A stretch of DNA of 37,094 bases from Candidatus Moraniibacteriota bacterium (GCA_028695025.1 JAQVJV010000008.1:1-37094); one strand, 5' to 3'; positions 1 to 9,517 are shown, counted from the stretch's first letter. The notes: generated by a model from the sequence alone, not told the origin. Program-made: numbers and translations.

Positions 1-87
1 CCATTGAGTATCCGTCAGATCAGTATCATACTTTTTTCGTTTTTGTTTTTGATGTCGCATAGGATCACAAGTTTATGGCTTATGTTC

Positions 88-912
88 CTATTTTACACCA
101 AAAGCAGGCTTTTTTAACAGGCTCTTACACAACAAACTTTCGCTATGCTCAAAACAAACATAAGAAAGTTGTTGCACGTGAATAAGGTGCGCATAAGCTA
201 ACGTTTTTTTAATCGGCAGACAAGAGTCAAAATTAGCACGATTAAAGATGATAAAGGGATTCGAACCTTCCTTAGCCATTTTAAGATGATGTAGTCCCAA
301 GTGGTGACGGGTCTCCGAGCCAAACCTGACATCTATTTGTCTCTGGTGCCATTTTCGCGCAAATTCCGCGTGGCGCGAAATGTAGTCTTTGGCTCTAGGC
401 CCCAGACGCGCATTGAGCAAAGGATCATTCATAGCTTCGTCCGCTCCCAGAAATTTGCCGTATTGAATTTGTGAATTGCCCCCATAAAGTTTGGATAAAG
501 CGTCGTAATCAATCACGGATACCTCGCCGCAATTCCCACTCTCGAGCGCCAGAAAATCTTTTTGAGAGATCATTCCTCCTTCGGTTGCTCGGTCTCTGTC
601 ACCTTCTCTTTTCCAGAAAGTGTAGGCGTTTAAGATGCCCTCGAGCGTGGATAGAGGGCCAACGTTGTGGGCGACAATAATAATTTTATTGCCGCCCCTG
701 GAAAAACCAATATATTCCGTGGTTGTGGTCGTGAAATAACTCGACCAAGCCCCGGAATTCAACCCGGTTCTCAAGCGGGCCTGGATGATGTCCGGCAAAG
801 TGGCGATCCGGCCGCCTTTGCCCGCAAATTTTCTGGCCATTTCCCAAACCTTATCAAAATGGGTATGGTGATAGAAGGCCTTCACTAAAAGTTTTTTAAA
901 GGACAAGGACAT
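88..912 (-). CDS. hypothetical protein (conserved, no recognisable domain)
   Basis: Long ORF. Start trimmed to internal ATG (MSLSFKK...) because the upstream ORF extension is AT-rich promoter-like DNA. Divergent from the trmB-like gene. Confidence 0.5.
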   Translation of the reverse strand: MSLSFKKLLVKAFYHHTHFDKVWEMARKFAGKGGRIATLPDIIQARLRTGLNSGAWSSYFTTTTTEYIGFSRGGNKIIIVAHNVGPLSTLEGILNAYTFWKREGDRDRATEGGMISQKDFLALESGNCGEVSVIDYDALSKLYGGNSQIQYGKFLGADEAMNDPLLNARLGPRAKDYISRHAEFARKWHQRQIDVRFGSETRHHLGLHHLKMAKEGSNPFIIFNRANFDSCLPIKKTLAYAHLIHVQQLSYVCFEHSESLLCKSLLKKPAFGVK

Positions 913-1106
913 GGTATCTCTCCTTTTTCTCCGTAGTTTATTGAGATCATTGTCCCAACAGACCAAAATATATATTTTTAGAAATATCATCAATAATATT
1001 GGCTGAAATTGAAAAATAATCAGCCGAAAATAAAAAATATGTTGACATATAAAGCAAAATATTATATACAATAAATAGTGGCAAAATTGTTGACAAAATT
1101 GGACTT

Positions 1107-1844
1107 ATGGAAAATACGCTCGAAAACCAGCTGAAAAAAGCGGGACTCACGGAAAGCGAGGCAAAGGTCTATCTCGCCTCGCTTGAACTTGGAGAAACGA
1201 ATATCAACCGGATTTCCAAAAAATCGGGCATCAAAAGAAGCACGACTTACTGGGTCATCGATTCGCTCAAAGAGAAAGGGCTGATAAGCATTCTCAAAAG
1301 AAACAAAAAAACTTTTTATTTTGCTGAAGATCCCCGGAAGATAACCTGGCAAATGGAAGAAAATTTGAAGGAAGTCGGAGCGTCAATGCCGGGTCTTTTG
1401 GCGATTGCCAATTTCATCGACAAAAAACCGTCGGTTCGTTTTTTTGAAGGGCAATCCGGCATTAAGGAAGTCTTCAAAGATACCCTTTGCCATCCCAAAC
1501 AGGAAATTCTGGCCTGGTTTCCCCGTGCGTTCGAAAGTTTCATCGATGAATATTATGTCCCGCGGCGTATCGAGAGAAAAATCTGGGTGCGGGCGATCAT
1601 GCCGGACAGCAAAAAGTCCCGTGAATTCGCAAAGGCTGAAGAAAAACAACTGCGAAGGTCGAAACTGGTTTCCGAAGAGGAATTCAACCTTGATGTGGAA
1701 ATAACTTTGTACGGAGAAAACAAGGTCGGCATCATCTCTTTTGAGGAGGAAATAGCCATGATGATCGAAAGCCGGAAAATCCACAACAGCCTCAAAAATA
1801 TTTTCGAGATTATGTGGAAATATATTCCGGATAAAAAAGCGTGA
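1107..1844 (+). CDS. TrmB-family HTH transcriptional regulator (paralog 1 of 3 in window)
   Basis: N-terminal TrmB-type winged helix (LTESEAKVYLASLELGETNINRISKKSGIKRSTTYWVIDSLKEKGLI). Alignable with the 25306 and 34454 paralogs. Sits upstream of a sugar-type ABC binding protein. Confidence 0.8.
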   Translation: MENTLENQLKKAGLTESEAKVYLASLELGETNINRISKKSGIKRSTTYWVIDSLKEKGLISILKRNKKTFYFAEDPRKITWQMEENLKEVGASMPGLLAIANFIDKKPSVRFFEGQSGIKEVFKDTLCHPKQEILAWFPRAFESFIDEYYVPRRIERKIWVRAIMPDSKKSREFAKAEEKQLRRSKLVSEEEFNLDVEITLYGENKVGIISFEEEIAMMIESRKIHNSLKNIFEIMWKYIPDKKA

Positions 1845-1863
1845 ATGAAAAAAATTCCGCAAT

Positions 1864-1892
1864 TTGTCTACTTTTCCCATTTATTGTAAAAT
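1864..1892 (+). promoter_or_regulatory. sigma70-like promoter TTGTCT-17-TAAAAT upstream of solute-binding protein gene
   Basis: Hexamers with 17-nt spacer located 35 nt before the ATG at 1927. Confidence 0.3.
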
Positions 1893-1926
1893 TCAAACAG
1901 CAAATACTAAGTGTCTTTAAAACAAA

Positions 1927-3399
1927 ATGCGAAAAAAAATATCAATAATCTCTTCTTTTTTGCTTGTTGCGGTTCTTATGGTTTTTTCCGGATGCGGTTG
2001 CAAACAAAACAGCTCGACTGGCTATGAAGTCCACCTCGAAGTATGGGGGCTTTTTGACGATTCGGACGTGATGCAAAAGGCGATCAGCGATTATCAAAAA
2101 CGGAATCCGACCGTGAAAGAGATTATCTACAAAAAAATGACGGTGGATTCGTATGAAAACGACATCATGGACGCGCTGGCCACCGGGAACGGGCCGGACA
2201 TATTTCTCATCGGAAACACTTGGCTCGCAAAGCACAAAGCAAAGCTGGCTCCGGCTCCCATTGACAATCTTTCAAGCAACCAGTCCCTGATCATCACTCC
2301 CAAGCAAGTCCAGGACCAGTTCGTGGATGTGGTTTCTTCGGATTTTGTTTCAGACGGAAAGGTCTATGCCCTTCCCCTTTCGGTGGATTCGCTCGCGCTG
2401 TATTACAACAAAGATCTTTTGAACCAAGCCGGAATTTCCATCCCTCCCGTCACGTGGACTGATTTTGATACGGCGGTGAAAAAAATTACCAGGATTGACT
2501 CTCTGGGAAATATCGAACTTTCCGGCGCGGCAATGGGAATGTCGAGCGATGCCAGTTCCGGAACGGGAAAAATCAACCGGGCGACGGATATCCTTGCGCT
2601 TCTTATGATGCAGGCCGGGGCCAATATGGTGAATGCCGAAAGCGGCCAAGCCAGCTTTGCCGATTTTACCAAAACGACTTATGGCGCTGATATGTCCCCG
2701 GGAGAGCAGGCATTAGCCTATTATACAAAATTCACCGATCCGTCGAACGCCGAATATTGCTGGAATTCGCTTCAGCACAATTCGATCGACAGTTTCATCG
2801 AGGGGGGTACGGCGATGATGCTCAATTATTCCTGGAATATTTCCAAAGTCCAGTCCAAGGCGCCGAAGCTGAACTTGGGAATTGCCGATGTCCCCCAGAA
2901 TATGGACGCGGGCGGAAATGGAATTTCCATGGATTTTGCCAACTACTGGGGATATGCCGTTTCCAACTACAAAGTGCAAAACCAGGAATATGTGGAGCAG
3001 GCGACGGGGAACAAAAATACTTACGCGACCAATGACCAGCGCATCGCCGAAGCTTGGAAATTCATCCGCTTTCTCACGATGACGAAGGCATCAAGTTCCA
3101 GTCTTCCGGTGGCGCCGCAAACAACCGAAAGCGCCAATTTTGATCCGGCGGCGGAGTACGCGACCAATCAAAACAAACCTGCGGCTCGACGGGATTTGAT
3201 CGAGAATCAGAAATCAGATTTGCTCCTTGGCCCGTTTGCCGATGGAAATCTCATTGCCAAAAGCTGGCCCCAGCCGGACAATCTGGCGGTGGAAAGGATT
3301 TTTGACGAAATGATCGATGATGTCGCTCTCAAGGGAGAAAAAGTCCACGACGCGATCCAACGGGCCCAAAACAGCGTAAACGTTTTGACGAGAGATTGA
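1927..3399 (+). CDS. ABC transporter extracellular solute-binding lipoprotein (family 1, sugar-type), orphan (no permease adjacent)
   Basis: Lipoprotein signal ...VFSGCGC. Typical SBP_bac_1 features (GPDIFLIGNTWLAKHKAKLAP, LPLSVDSLALYYNKDLL). 490 aa. Confidence 0.8.
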   Translation: MRKKISIISSFLLVAVLMVFSGCGCKQNSSTGYEVHLEVWGLFDDSDVMQKAISDYQKRNPTVKEIIYKKMTVDSYENDIMDALATGNGPDIFLIGNTWLAKHKAKLAPAPIDNLSSNQSLIITPKQVQDQFVDVVSSDFVSDGKVYALPLSVDSLALYYNKDLLNQAGISIPPVTWTDFDTAVKKITRIDSLGNIELSGAAMGMSSDASSGTGKINRATDILALLMMQAGANMVNAESGQASFADFTKTTYGADMSPGEQALAYYTKFTDPSNAEYCWNSLQHNSIDSFIEGGTAMMLNYSWNISKVQSKAPKLNLGIADVPQNMDAGGNGISMDFANYWGYAVSNYKVQNQEYVEQATGNKNTYATNDQRIAEAWKFIRFLTMTKASSSSLPVAPQTTESANFDPAAEYATNQNKPAARRDLIENQKSDLLLGPFADGNLIAKSWPQPDNLAVERIFDEMIDDVALKGEKVHDAIQRAQNSVNVLTRD

Positions 3400-3420
3400 A
3401 TAGGTTTTGTCATTTTATTC

Positions 3421-3507
3421 TCTCCCTTTCATAAAGGGAGAGCGAGAGAGGGATTTAATATTTTTTGAAATCCCCTTTTGTTCCCCCTTTTGAAAAGGGG
3501 GAGAAAT
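3421..3507 (+). promoter_or_regulatory. three consecutive perfect hairpins in the 5' leader of the first pilin gene, the last one sequestering the GGGGGAG ribosome-binding site
   Basis: TCTCCCTTT-CAT-AAAGGGAGA (3421-3441). GGGATTT-11nt-AAATCCC. TCCCCCTTTT-G-AAAAGGGGGA (3482-3502) overlaps the SD located 7 nt before the ATG at 3511. Confidence 0.4.
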
Positions 3508-3510
3508 ACT

Positions 3511-4485
3511 ATGAAATTTTCAAAGAAAAATAAAATCTATATAAAAATATTTTTTTCGGCAATCATTCTTTTTTTCGCCGCATCTTCTGCCCATGCCGCG
3601 CTGGTTCCATGTGGGATTGGAGAGGGAAACGCTGACTGTACGCTTTGCCACCTGGTGGTCGGCTTCAAGAATATCTATGACTATCTCCTAACACTTCTTC
3701 TTTCCGCGGCAACGGTGGTGATAATAGTCGCTGGAGTGATATACATGATCTCAAGCGGTAACAAGAATTTGATTGATAAGGCTAAATCGGCTTTCATGTA
3801 CACAATCACAGCAATTGTTCTTGGTCTCACCGCTTGGCTCATGATCAATACGGTTCTCAACGCTCTCGGCTTCAAAAACGCCGGAAGCTGGTGGACCTTC
3901 ACTTGCGATACGACTCAAACATCGGTGAATAATAATCTGAATACGGGAATTAAACTTCCGGGATTAAGTGGAGGAGCGTCAACTGGAAGTCAAACAAATA
4001 AGGCTCAAGGGGACGGAACTTGCGGGGGAATAAAAGATAACGTTGAAGATCCGAACAATTGCGGAAAAACCTCTCAAGCTCTTGACACTTTGTTGGCTTG
4101 TATACAAAGCAGAATGAATGCAACAGGCATTGAAGTAAAAAAAAACTTTAATCCTTTCAAAATTGAGGAAGTTTTTGCGTCTGGAAAACTTTCAATTAGT
4201 ATAGGAATTGATGAAAACAGCCATGCTAATAATTCTTGTCACTATGGTGGCCGGTATTGCCAAGGGCAAGCCAATGCAGCTGATTTGCATGGAGATATGC
4301 CCGCTATAAAAGATGCGGCAATTGCTTGTAACGCTGATACAGTTATCTATGATAGTATGGCTTATTATGGAGGTAAGAGTAAGGCTTATACAGGAGGCAA
4401 TAATAAAACAGGAGATTGGGCGCATGTAAAACATGTCCATGTCAGCGTCAACAACAAAGCCTGCGGATGTGATTATTTAAAATAA
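3511..4485 (+). CDS. TrbC/VirB2-like T4SS pilin-family protein with a ~200-aa Cys-rich C-terminal extension
   Basis: Signal peptide. Conserved pilin core (LLTLLLSAATVVIIVAGVIYMISSGNKNLIDKAKSAFMYTITAIVLGL) shared with four downstream paralogs. C-terminal region has 12 Cys. ATG 3511 preferred over the TTG at 3478 because of the strong RBS. Confidence 0.7.
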   Translation: MKFSKKNKIYIKIFFSAIILFFAASSAHAALVPCGIGEGNADCTLCHLVVGFKNIYDYLLTLLLSAATVVIIVAGVIYMISSGNKNLIDKAKSAFMYTITAIVLGLTAWLMINTVLNALGFKNAGSWWTFTCDTTQTSVNNNLNTGIKLPGLSGGASTGSQTNKAQGDGTCGGIKDNVEDPNNCGKTSQALDTLLACIQSRMNATGIEVKKNFNPFKIEEVFASGKLSISIGIDENSHANNSCHYGGRYCQGQANAADLHGDMPAIKDAAIACNADTVIYDSMAYYGGKSKAYTGGNNKTGDWAHVKHVHVSVNNKACGCDYLK

Positions 4486-4489
4486 AAAG

Positions 4490-5293
4490 ATGAACAAGTT
4501 TTTGAAAGTGTCAATTATAATAATCATTGTTTTCGCTATTGCCATCCTGTCTCTTTGGCTGATTTCAATTTTCAAAGAAAAGCAAGGCCAACCGGAAACT
4601 ACAATAAATGAAACTTCAGAAAATTTGCCCTCCAGTCAGCCGGTTCAATTGCCGGGTAGCAGTCAAGGCCAAGAAGTTTTTCACGATAGTTCAATTCGAG
4701 TTGAAGATTTGGATAGTAAAGAGCAAGTTCAAGCGGCTTTTGAAAAATATGTCGATCAAAACACAAATGATTTCCCGGAATATTTGCAGGATGGAATTTC
4801 AACTGACTATCCAGTGAATGATGAATCCGGAAAAATAGTGGATTTACAAACATTTTTTTCCTTCGTTGGGGCAAATATAAACCCCCAAGTCAAAAAAATG
4901 ATTAATTCTAGTTTCTATGCCTTGTATTATTGTCCCAATGAAAACGGTCAAAAGGCATATGGAATTGCTTTTGACGCTATCTATCCAGATTCGAATAATT
5001 TGCAGTCGCAAAGCGGAGAAATGAAGGGCGCGATGAAAAAATGGGAGCCTTATATACTGAAAGATTTGCATTTCATTCTTTTTCCTGATGACAACATCTC
5101 TGAAAACGATTTGAATCAAGCATCGAACTTTCGAGATGGCGAATTCCGCTATGCAGATATCAATATTTCTGGAAAAAGCGAATCTATTGATTACGCTGTC
5201 AAAACCGACGAAGGCAATGGAGTGAATAGGATTTATATCACCACATCCCAAGAATGTCTCAAGAAATCATTGGATTATCTTTTTGATTATTAA
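4490..5293 (+). CDS. hypothetical membrane-anchored protein (N-terminal TM helix) inside the pilin locus
   Basis: Single N-terminal hydrophobic helix then a 240-aa soluble domain. Tightly packed between pilin genes on the same strand. Confidence 0.55.
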   Translation: MNKFLKVSIIIIIVFAIAILSLWLISIFKEKQGQPETTINETSENLPSSQPVQLPGSSQGQEVFHDSSIRVEDLDSKEQVQAAFEKYVDQNTNDFPEYLQDGISTDYPVNDESGKIVDLQTFFSFVGANINPQVKKMINSSFYALYYCPNENGQKAYGIAFDAIYPDSNNLQSQSGEMKGAMKKWEPYILKDLHFILFPDDNISENDLNQASNFRDGEFRYADINISGKSESIDYAVKTDEGNGVNRIYITTSQECLKKSLDYLFDY

Positions 5294-5306
5294 TATAAAA
5301 ACCAAC

Positions 5307-5951
5307 ATGAAAAAAACCATTCTTTATATCCTTGCGTTATTTTTTTTCACTTCTTTGGCTCTAGCGGCTTATGCGCAAGACATGACACCTATCGGTGAAT
5401 TACAAGATGCTCAAAAAAGCGGAACATATAGAAATCAAGCGGCTATTTCAAGCAACTCTTTTGCCAATCCTCTTGGAGTAGATACAGTTGAAGGCGTACT
5501 GGGGAATATCACGACTTATCTTCGCGGGATCGCCGGGACGATTGCGGTTATTTTCATCATCATCGGCGGAATAATGTACATGCTTTCCGGTGGAGATAAG
5601 GATTCAATTGAACGAGCTAAAAAAACCGTCATTTATGCTTGTGTCGGTCTTGCCATCGTGCTGGCCGCTCCTCTTTTTTATCAAGAAATCAAGGCGGTGC
5701 TCTCTGGAAATAGTCCCGGGTCTGCTTTTCAGTCTCTTCTTACGAACATCTTGAAACTCCTTTTGTCGATTGTCGGTTTTCTTGCTATAATATCAATGGT
5801 TGTCGGCGCCACTTGGATGCTCACGGCGGCGGGCGATGATAATCGGTATGAGCTTGGGAAAAAAATCGTCACCTATGCCATCGTCGGTCTCATTATCGCA
5901 GTCGGTGCATTGGTTATCACCAATCAAGTAGTGAGTCTCGTCAACGGTTGA
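5307..5951 (+). CDS. tandem-duplicated (two-repeat) TrbC/VirB2-like pilin-family protein
   Basis: Signal peptide followed by two copies of the pilin core: ...IAVIFIIIGGIMYMLSGGDKDSIERAKKTVIYACVGLAIVLA... and ...VGFLAIISMVVGATWMLTAAGDDNRYELGKKIVTYAIVGLIIAV... Confidence 0.7.
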   Translation: MKKTILYILALFFFTSLALAAYAQDMTPIGELQDAQKSGTYRNQAAISSNSFANPLGVDTVEGVLGNITTYLRGIAGTIAVIFIIIGGIMYMLSGGDKDSIERAKKTVIYACVGLAIVLAAPLFYQEIKAVLSGNSPGSAFQSLLTNILKLLLSIVGFLAIISMVVGATWMLTAAGDDNRYELGKKIVTYAIVGLIIAVGALVITNQVVSLVNG

Positions 5952-5999
5952 TAAAAAAGAAATTTAAATAAACATTGACCCAAGAAGGGAGGTGAATCG

Positions 6000-6362
6000 A
6001 TGAAAGAAAAAGCAAAAAATATGGTGAAATATTTGTACGCGGTTTTATTCCTGGTTCCTGCGACGACCCTTGCCCAGTTTACCTATCCGAGCGGAACCAA
6101 TCTTCCAGGAGATGGTGGAACCAGTCTTTATACCATCATCCAGAACATCATGCGCTGGCTGCTTTCCATTTTGGGTTTTGTGGCGGTGATCGGCTTTGTG
6201 ATTTCCGGAATTCTCTACCTGGTTGCGGCGGGAGACGAAGATGCCCAAGCGCGGGCCAAACGGGCGATGATCTACTCCATTACGGGAGTGATCGTGGGAA
6301 TGGCTGGGTTGGTGGTGCTCTATGCTGTCGGGAAATTTTGGAATGCCAACTCAAATTTCTAG
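6000..6362 (+). CDS. TrbC/VirB2-like T4SS pilin-family protein
   Basis: GGGAGGTG RBS. Signal peptide. Core motif WLLSILGFVAVIGFVISGILYLVAAGDEDAQARAKRAMIYSITGVIVG. Confidence 0.75.
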   Translation: MKEKAKNMVKYLYAVLFLVPATTLAQFTYPSGTNLPGDGGTSLYTIIQNIMRWLLSILGFVAVIGFVISGILYLVAAGDEDAQARAKRAMIYSITGVIVGMAGLVVLYAVGKFWNANSNF

Positions 6363-6387
6363 TCTTTGAAAAAATTTAGTTTCCACT

Positions 6388-6416
6388 CCCCCCTCCTTAA
6401 AGAGGGGGTTTGTGTA
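6388..6416 (+). terminator. rho-independent terminator after pilin gene 3
   Basis: CCCCCTC-CTTAAA-GAGGGGG hairpin followed by TTTGTGT. A second hairpin TCCCGGC-CTTTGA-GCCGGGA lies at 6476-6495. Confidence 0.5.
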
Positions 6417-6554
6417 TCCGGGCATTTGGTATATAATAAAATCAGATTAAATTTTACATTATTTTCTTGCTGTCATCCCGGCCTTTGAGCCGGGATCCAG
6501 GGTATGAAAATAAAAGTAGCAACTTTGAATGACTTGTAAATTAATTTATATTTT

Positions 6555-6902
6555 ATGATAAAAAAAATAAAAAAAATACTCCCATTATCTATTCTTGCGA
6601 TGACATTGTCCCAACCGGCTTTTGCTCAATGGAATACGTCAAATTATGATTCCACCAAGCTTCCTAAAACAGCGCTTTATTCGATTATCGAAAACACGAC
6701 CAAGTGGCTTTTGAGTGTTTTTGGATTTATCGCAATCATTGGATTTGTTCTTTCTGGAATCATGTATCTCTTGGCAGCGGGTGATGAAAAGACTCAGGAG
6801 CGAGCCAAGCGGGCAATGATATATTCGATTGTTGGAGTAGTGGTTGGTCTTGGGGGGTTGGTAGTGATATATGCTGTTAATTTTTTCTTGAGTCAGGGTT
6901 AA
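6555..6902 (+). CDS. TrbC/VirB2-like T4SS pilin-family protein
   Basis: Signal peptide. WLLSVFGFIAIIGFVLSGIMYLLAAGDEKTQERAKRAMIYSIVGVVVGL. Confidence 0.75.
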   Translation: MIKKIKKILPLSILAMTLSQPAFAQWNTSNYDSTKLPKTALYSIIENTTKWLLSVFGFIAIIGFVLSGIMYLLAAGDEKTQERAKRAMIYSIVGVVVGLGGLVVIYAVNFFLSQG

Positions 6903-6925
6903 GGGTAAAAAATATTTCAGAAGAA

Positions 6926-7288
6926 ATGAAAAAAAATATTCTTAAAAAAACAAAATTTATAACATTATTATTTTTTTTCGGCATTGCTTTTTTGGCAAAT
7001 GCTCAAACCGTGGCTTTACCGAAAAACACTGGTCTTCCAAGTGGGACATTGACCAGTGTCATTTCCAATCTTACAAATTGGCTTTTGGGCATTTTTGGTT
7101 TTTTGGCAATTATCAGTTTTATTATCTCCGGGATCATGTATATTCTGGCTGTTGGGGATGATAAGGCGCAGGAAAAAGCCAAGAAGCAGATGCGGTGGTC
7201 GATTGTCGGGGTTGTTATCGGGCTTGTTGGAGTCATTATCATCAACGCGGTTGACGCACTCCTTCGCGGTGTGAATAACAAGTTCTAA
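6926..7288 (+). CDS. TrbC/VirB2-like T4SS pilin-family protein
   Basis: Signal peptide. WLLGIFGFLAIISFIISGIMYILAVGDDKAQEKAKKQMRWSIVGVVIGL. Confidence 0.75.
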   Translation: MKKNILKKTKFITLLFFFGIAFLANAQTVALPKNTGLPSGTLTSVISNLTNWLLGIFGFLAIISFIISGIMYILAVGDDKAQEKAKKQMRWSIVGVVIGLVGVIIINAVDALLRGVNNKF

Positions 7289-7302
7289 AAATTTTTGCAA
7301 TT

Positions 7303-7342
7303 AAAAACCCCGCGGAGACGTTTGCCTCACGCGGGGTTTTCG
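7303..7342. terminator. bidirectional rho-independent terminator between the convergent pilin locus and membrane-protein operon
   Basis: AAAACCCCGCG...CGCGGGGTTTTCG. A/T runs on both sides. Confidence 0.6.
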
Positions 7343-8065
7343 TTATTTGGGGTGAACAATCTCGATCCGGATAGTCCGGACGGAGATCGTGTTGTCCCCC
7401 CAAATTTTCAAGAGATTGACTCCTTTATAAAGCATTTGGGGAGTCAATCCCTCGGTATTATCAAAAAAAACTCTTTCAAAGGCCGGTCCTTCTTCCGACC
7501 GCGAGGGCCGAAGCCTTCTTCCGTTGACCAGAAGGTAAATATTTCCAGATCTTGCCTGCTTCACTTCGGCGATGATCTGGATTTTTACCGCATCTGGTCG
7601 CCAGGAGAAATCCGTAGTACGAAACTGGGCGAATCCCCCTTTTTTTATATTTACACCCGTTCCGTTTTTTTCCGCTCTATTTCCTTCGATGAATTCCAAA
7701 AAGCGGGAATCACAGCTGGTTTCAATCGGTTTCGGTGCTGGAGCAAAAGCGGGTGGAACTGATGTGGATTTAGATCCTGGACCCAATCCTTGTTTCGGCA
7801 CCCACCACCCGATCGCAATGAGGGCGGCGATGACAAGCACTGGCGTCAGCCAACTGTATTTTTTAGTCGCCGCTGTCGCCGGAGCCGCTGGGGCTGGGGT
7901 TGAAGTTGCGTCGGGAGTTGGAGAATTTTTTGAATCAGCGGTTTTATTCGCTTGATCTTTCTCAATATCCCTCTTTTTTTTGACATTATTCAAAATGAGG
8001 ATTAAAGGTAGGCATATTAGTAAAGATACTGCGAGGATTACCAATGGAATTATAAAATTTCCCAT
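7343..8065 (-). CDS. hypothetical membrane protein (two TM helices, Pro/Ala/Thr-rich linker, C-terminal extracytoplasmic domain); operon partner of the SPFH protein
   Basis: TM1 at the N-terminus. Low-complexity TPAPAAPATAAT linker. TM2 WLTPVLVIAALIAIGWW. Stop is 2 bp from the upstream SPFH gene. Confidence 0.55.
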   Translation of the reverse strand: MGNFIIPLVILAVSLLICLPLILILNNVKKKRDIEKDQANKTADSKNSPTPDATSTPAPAAPATAATKKYSWLTPVLVIAALIAIGWWVPKQGLGPGSKSTSVPPAFAPAPKPIETSCDSRFLEFIEGNRAEKNGTGVNIKKGGFAQFRTTDFSWRPDAVKIQIIAEVKQARSGNIYLLVNGRRLRPSRSEEGPAFERVFFDNTEGLTPQMLYKGVNLLKIWGDNTISVRTIRIEIVHPK

Positions 8066-8067
8066 TC

Positions 8068-9183
8068 CTATTTCCTTTCAAAGTTGCGAAGAATTTCACC
8101 AAGAGGTCCAAGGATTTCATTCAATCCAAAAATTGTTAAGTTCTGAGCTTTGGAAATATTTTCTGTTGCTGATTTTATGGTATCAAGTGTTTGGAGGAAT
8201 ATAGCAGATTCGCCATTAGCTTCGATTGCCTTTGCGACTTCTTCAATATAATTCTTATCGCCTTGGGCAATGAGTTTTTTTGACTCCATCTTTCCCTTGG
8301 CATCTTGAATTATTCTTTGAGCATCAGCCTTTCCGATTAATAATTGCTCAAGAGCCTTTTCGATTGCAGGATCAGCTGCCTCAAATTCAGCAATTGTTAT
8401 ATCTTCGATTATTATTCCACCTTCGTCGAAGATAAATTTCCGGACGCCGGTAAGATCTTTAGGATCTTGAAAGATAAAGCGCGCGTCTTTTTCTTTAGAT
8501 ATGCCGATTCTTTCACGAAGACCCTCGTTTACATGCTCCATTTGAGTGCGAAGATAAATTTCTTTTTCAATTTTATCTTCTTTGGTTGAGTATTCGAAAA
8601 ACTGGAAGCCAGCTAAAGTTTCGCGCCACTTAGCCATAATCTGCCCGCGAAGGAACGTTTTAATATGTTCAACATTGAAAAGTGCCTTCCATGGGTTCCT
8701 AATTATGATATAAACGATAAGTTTTGCCCTAACATCAACTCCGTCTGCAGTCTTTAGATTTGGAGTTCCATTGGTCGGATCCTTATCTTCGGGTCCATAT
8801 TCAATAGTTAGAACAGATAATGGAAGAGAATGCAGAGGTTTTACCTTGGTGTCCTCTTTATCTGTCAGGGTCATATACCATTCATAAACTTGGTAGACCC
8901 ATGGTCGTCCGATATAATGTAAACCCTTGTTTACCCGAATAATCTTAGTTCCGATATCATTCGGGTCGCAGCATTTCTTTATTTCTTCCCAAACCCGTTC
9001 ATTGCAAGCGATGTAGACTTTGAAAAATATCCGGTCTCTTGTGATAGCAAGTCCGGTCATCTCAAGTACTCTCATCAAAAATGACCCAATATCTGCCAAT
9101 TTTCGTATGAGAATATCAAAAGTGATCCACAGTATTGCGAGTGATACTGCATAAGCTATTATTAACATAGCTATTATTAACAT
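8068..9183 (-). CDS. SPFH/Band-7 (stomatin/HflK/flotillin-like) membrane protein
   Basis: N-terminal TM helix. SPFH-like segments GIIIEDITIAEFEAADPAIEKALEQ, ADAQRIIQDAKGK, AKAIEANGESAIFLQTLDTIKS. Confidence 0.7.
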   Translation of the reverse strand: MLIIAMLIIAYAVSLAILWITFDILIRKLADIGSFLMRVLEMTGLAITRDRIFFKVYIACNERVWEEIKKCCDPNDIGTKIIRVNKGLHYIGRPWVYQVYEWYMTLTDKEDTKVKPLHSLPLSVLTIEYGPEDKDPTNGTPNLKTADGVDVRAKLIVYIIIRNPWKALFNVEHIKTFLRGQIMAKWRETLAGFQFFEYSTKEDKIEKEIYLRTQMEHVNEGLRERIGISKEKDARFIFQDPKDLTGVRKFIFDEGGIIIEDITIAEFEAADPAIEKALEQLLIGKADAQRIIQDAKGKMESKKLIAQGDKNYIEEVAKAIEANGESAIFLQTLDTIKSATENISKAQNLTIFGLNEILGPLGEILRNFERK

Positions 9184-9387
9184 CTTCCTTCTCCCTTTCT
9201 AATTTTTTAAAGAACTCTCTCAAGAGGGTCTTGTTTTTTACCTCTTGGACGCTCTTCGCGAGCATCGCAACATACTATCACATTTTTTGATGTTTGTCAA
9301 TCGAAAATTTTCCCAATGTTTCACGGAAAAAAGCCTTGTGTTTCCCAAAATTTCAAGCTAATATATATTGGCATATATAAGGCTAAA

Positions 9388-9468
9388 GGGCAGGTGGTGA
9401 AATGGCAGACACGCTAGCCTTAGGAGCTAGTGCCGCGAGGCGTGAGGGTTCAACTCCCTCCCTGCCCA
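9388..9468 (+). tRNA. tRNA-Leu (anticodon TAG), type II long variable arm, no encoded CCA
   Basis: Acceptor GGGCAGG/CCTGCCC. Anticodon arm CTAGC-CTTAGGA-GCTAG. T arm GAGGG-TTCAACT-CCCTC. Confidence 0.85.
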
Positions 9469-9517
9469 CATTCATTTCTTTTTGAGATTTTTACTTCTCT
9501 CTTGTTCGCAATCACCT

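Noticed and set aside
3478-3510. TTG starts proposed by the ORF track for the pilin (3478), the double pilin (5283) and cca (26163)
   Set aside because: Downstream ATGs have better RBS context (GGGGGAG, GGAAGAGG) or match the paralog and duplicate alignment. The extensions overlap hairpins or the upstream stop.
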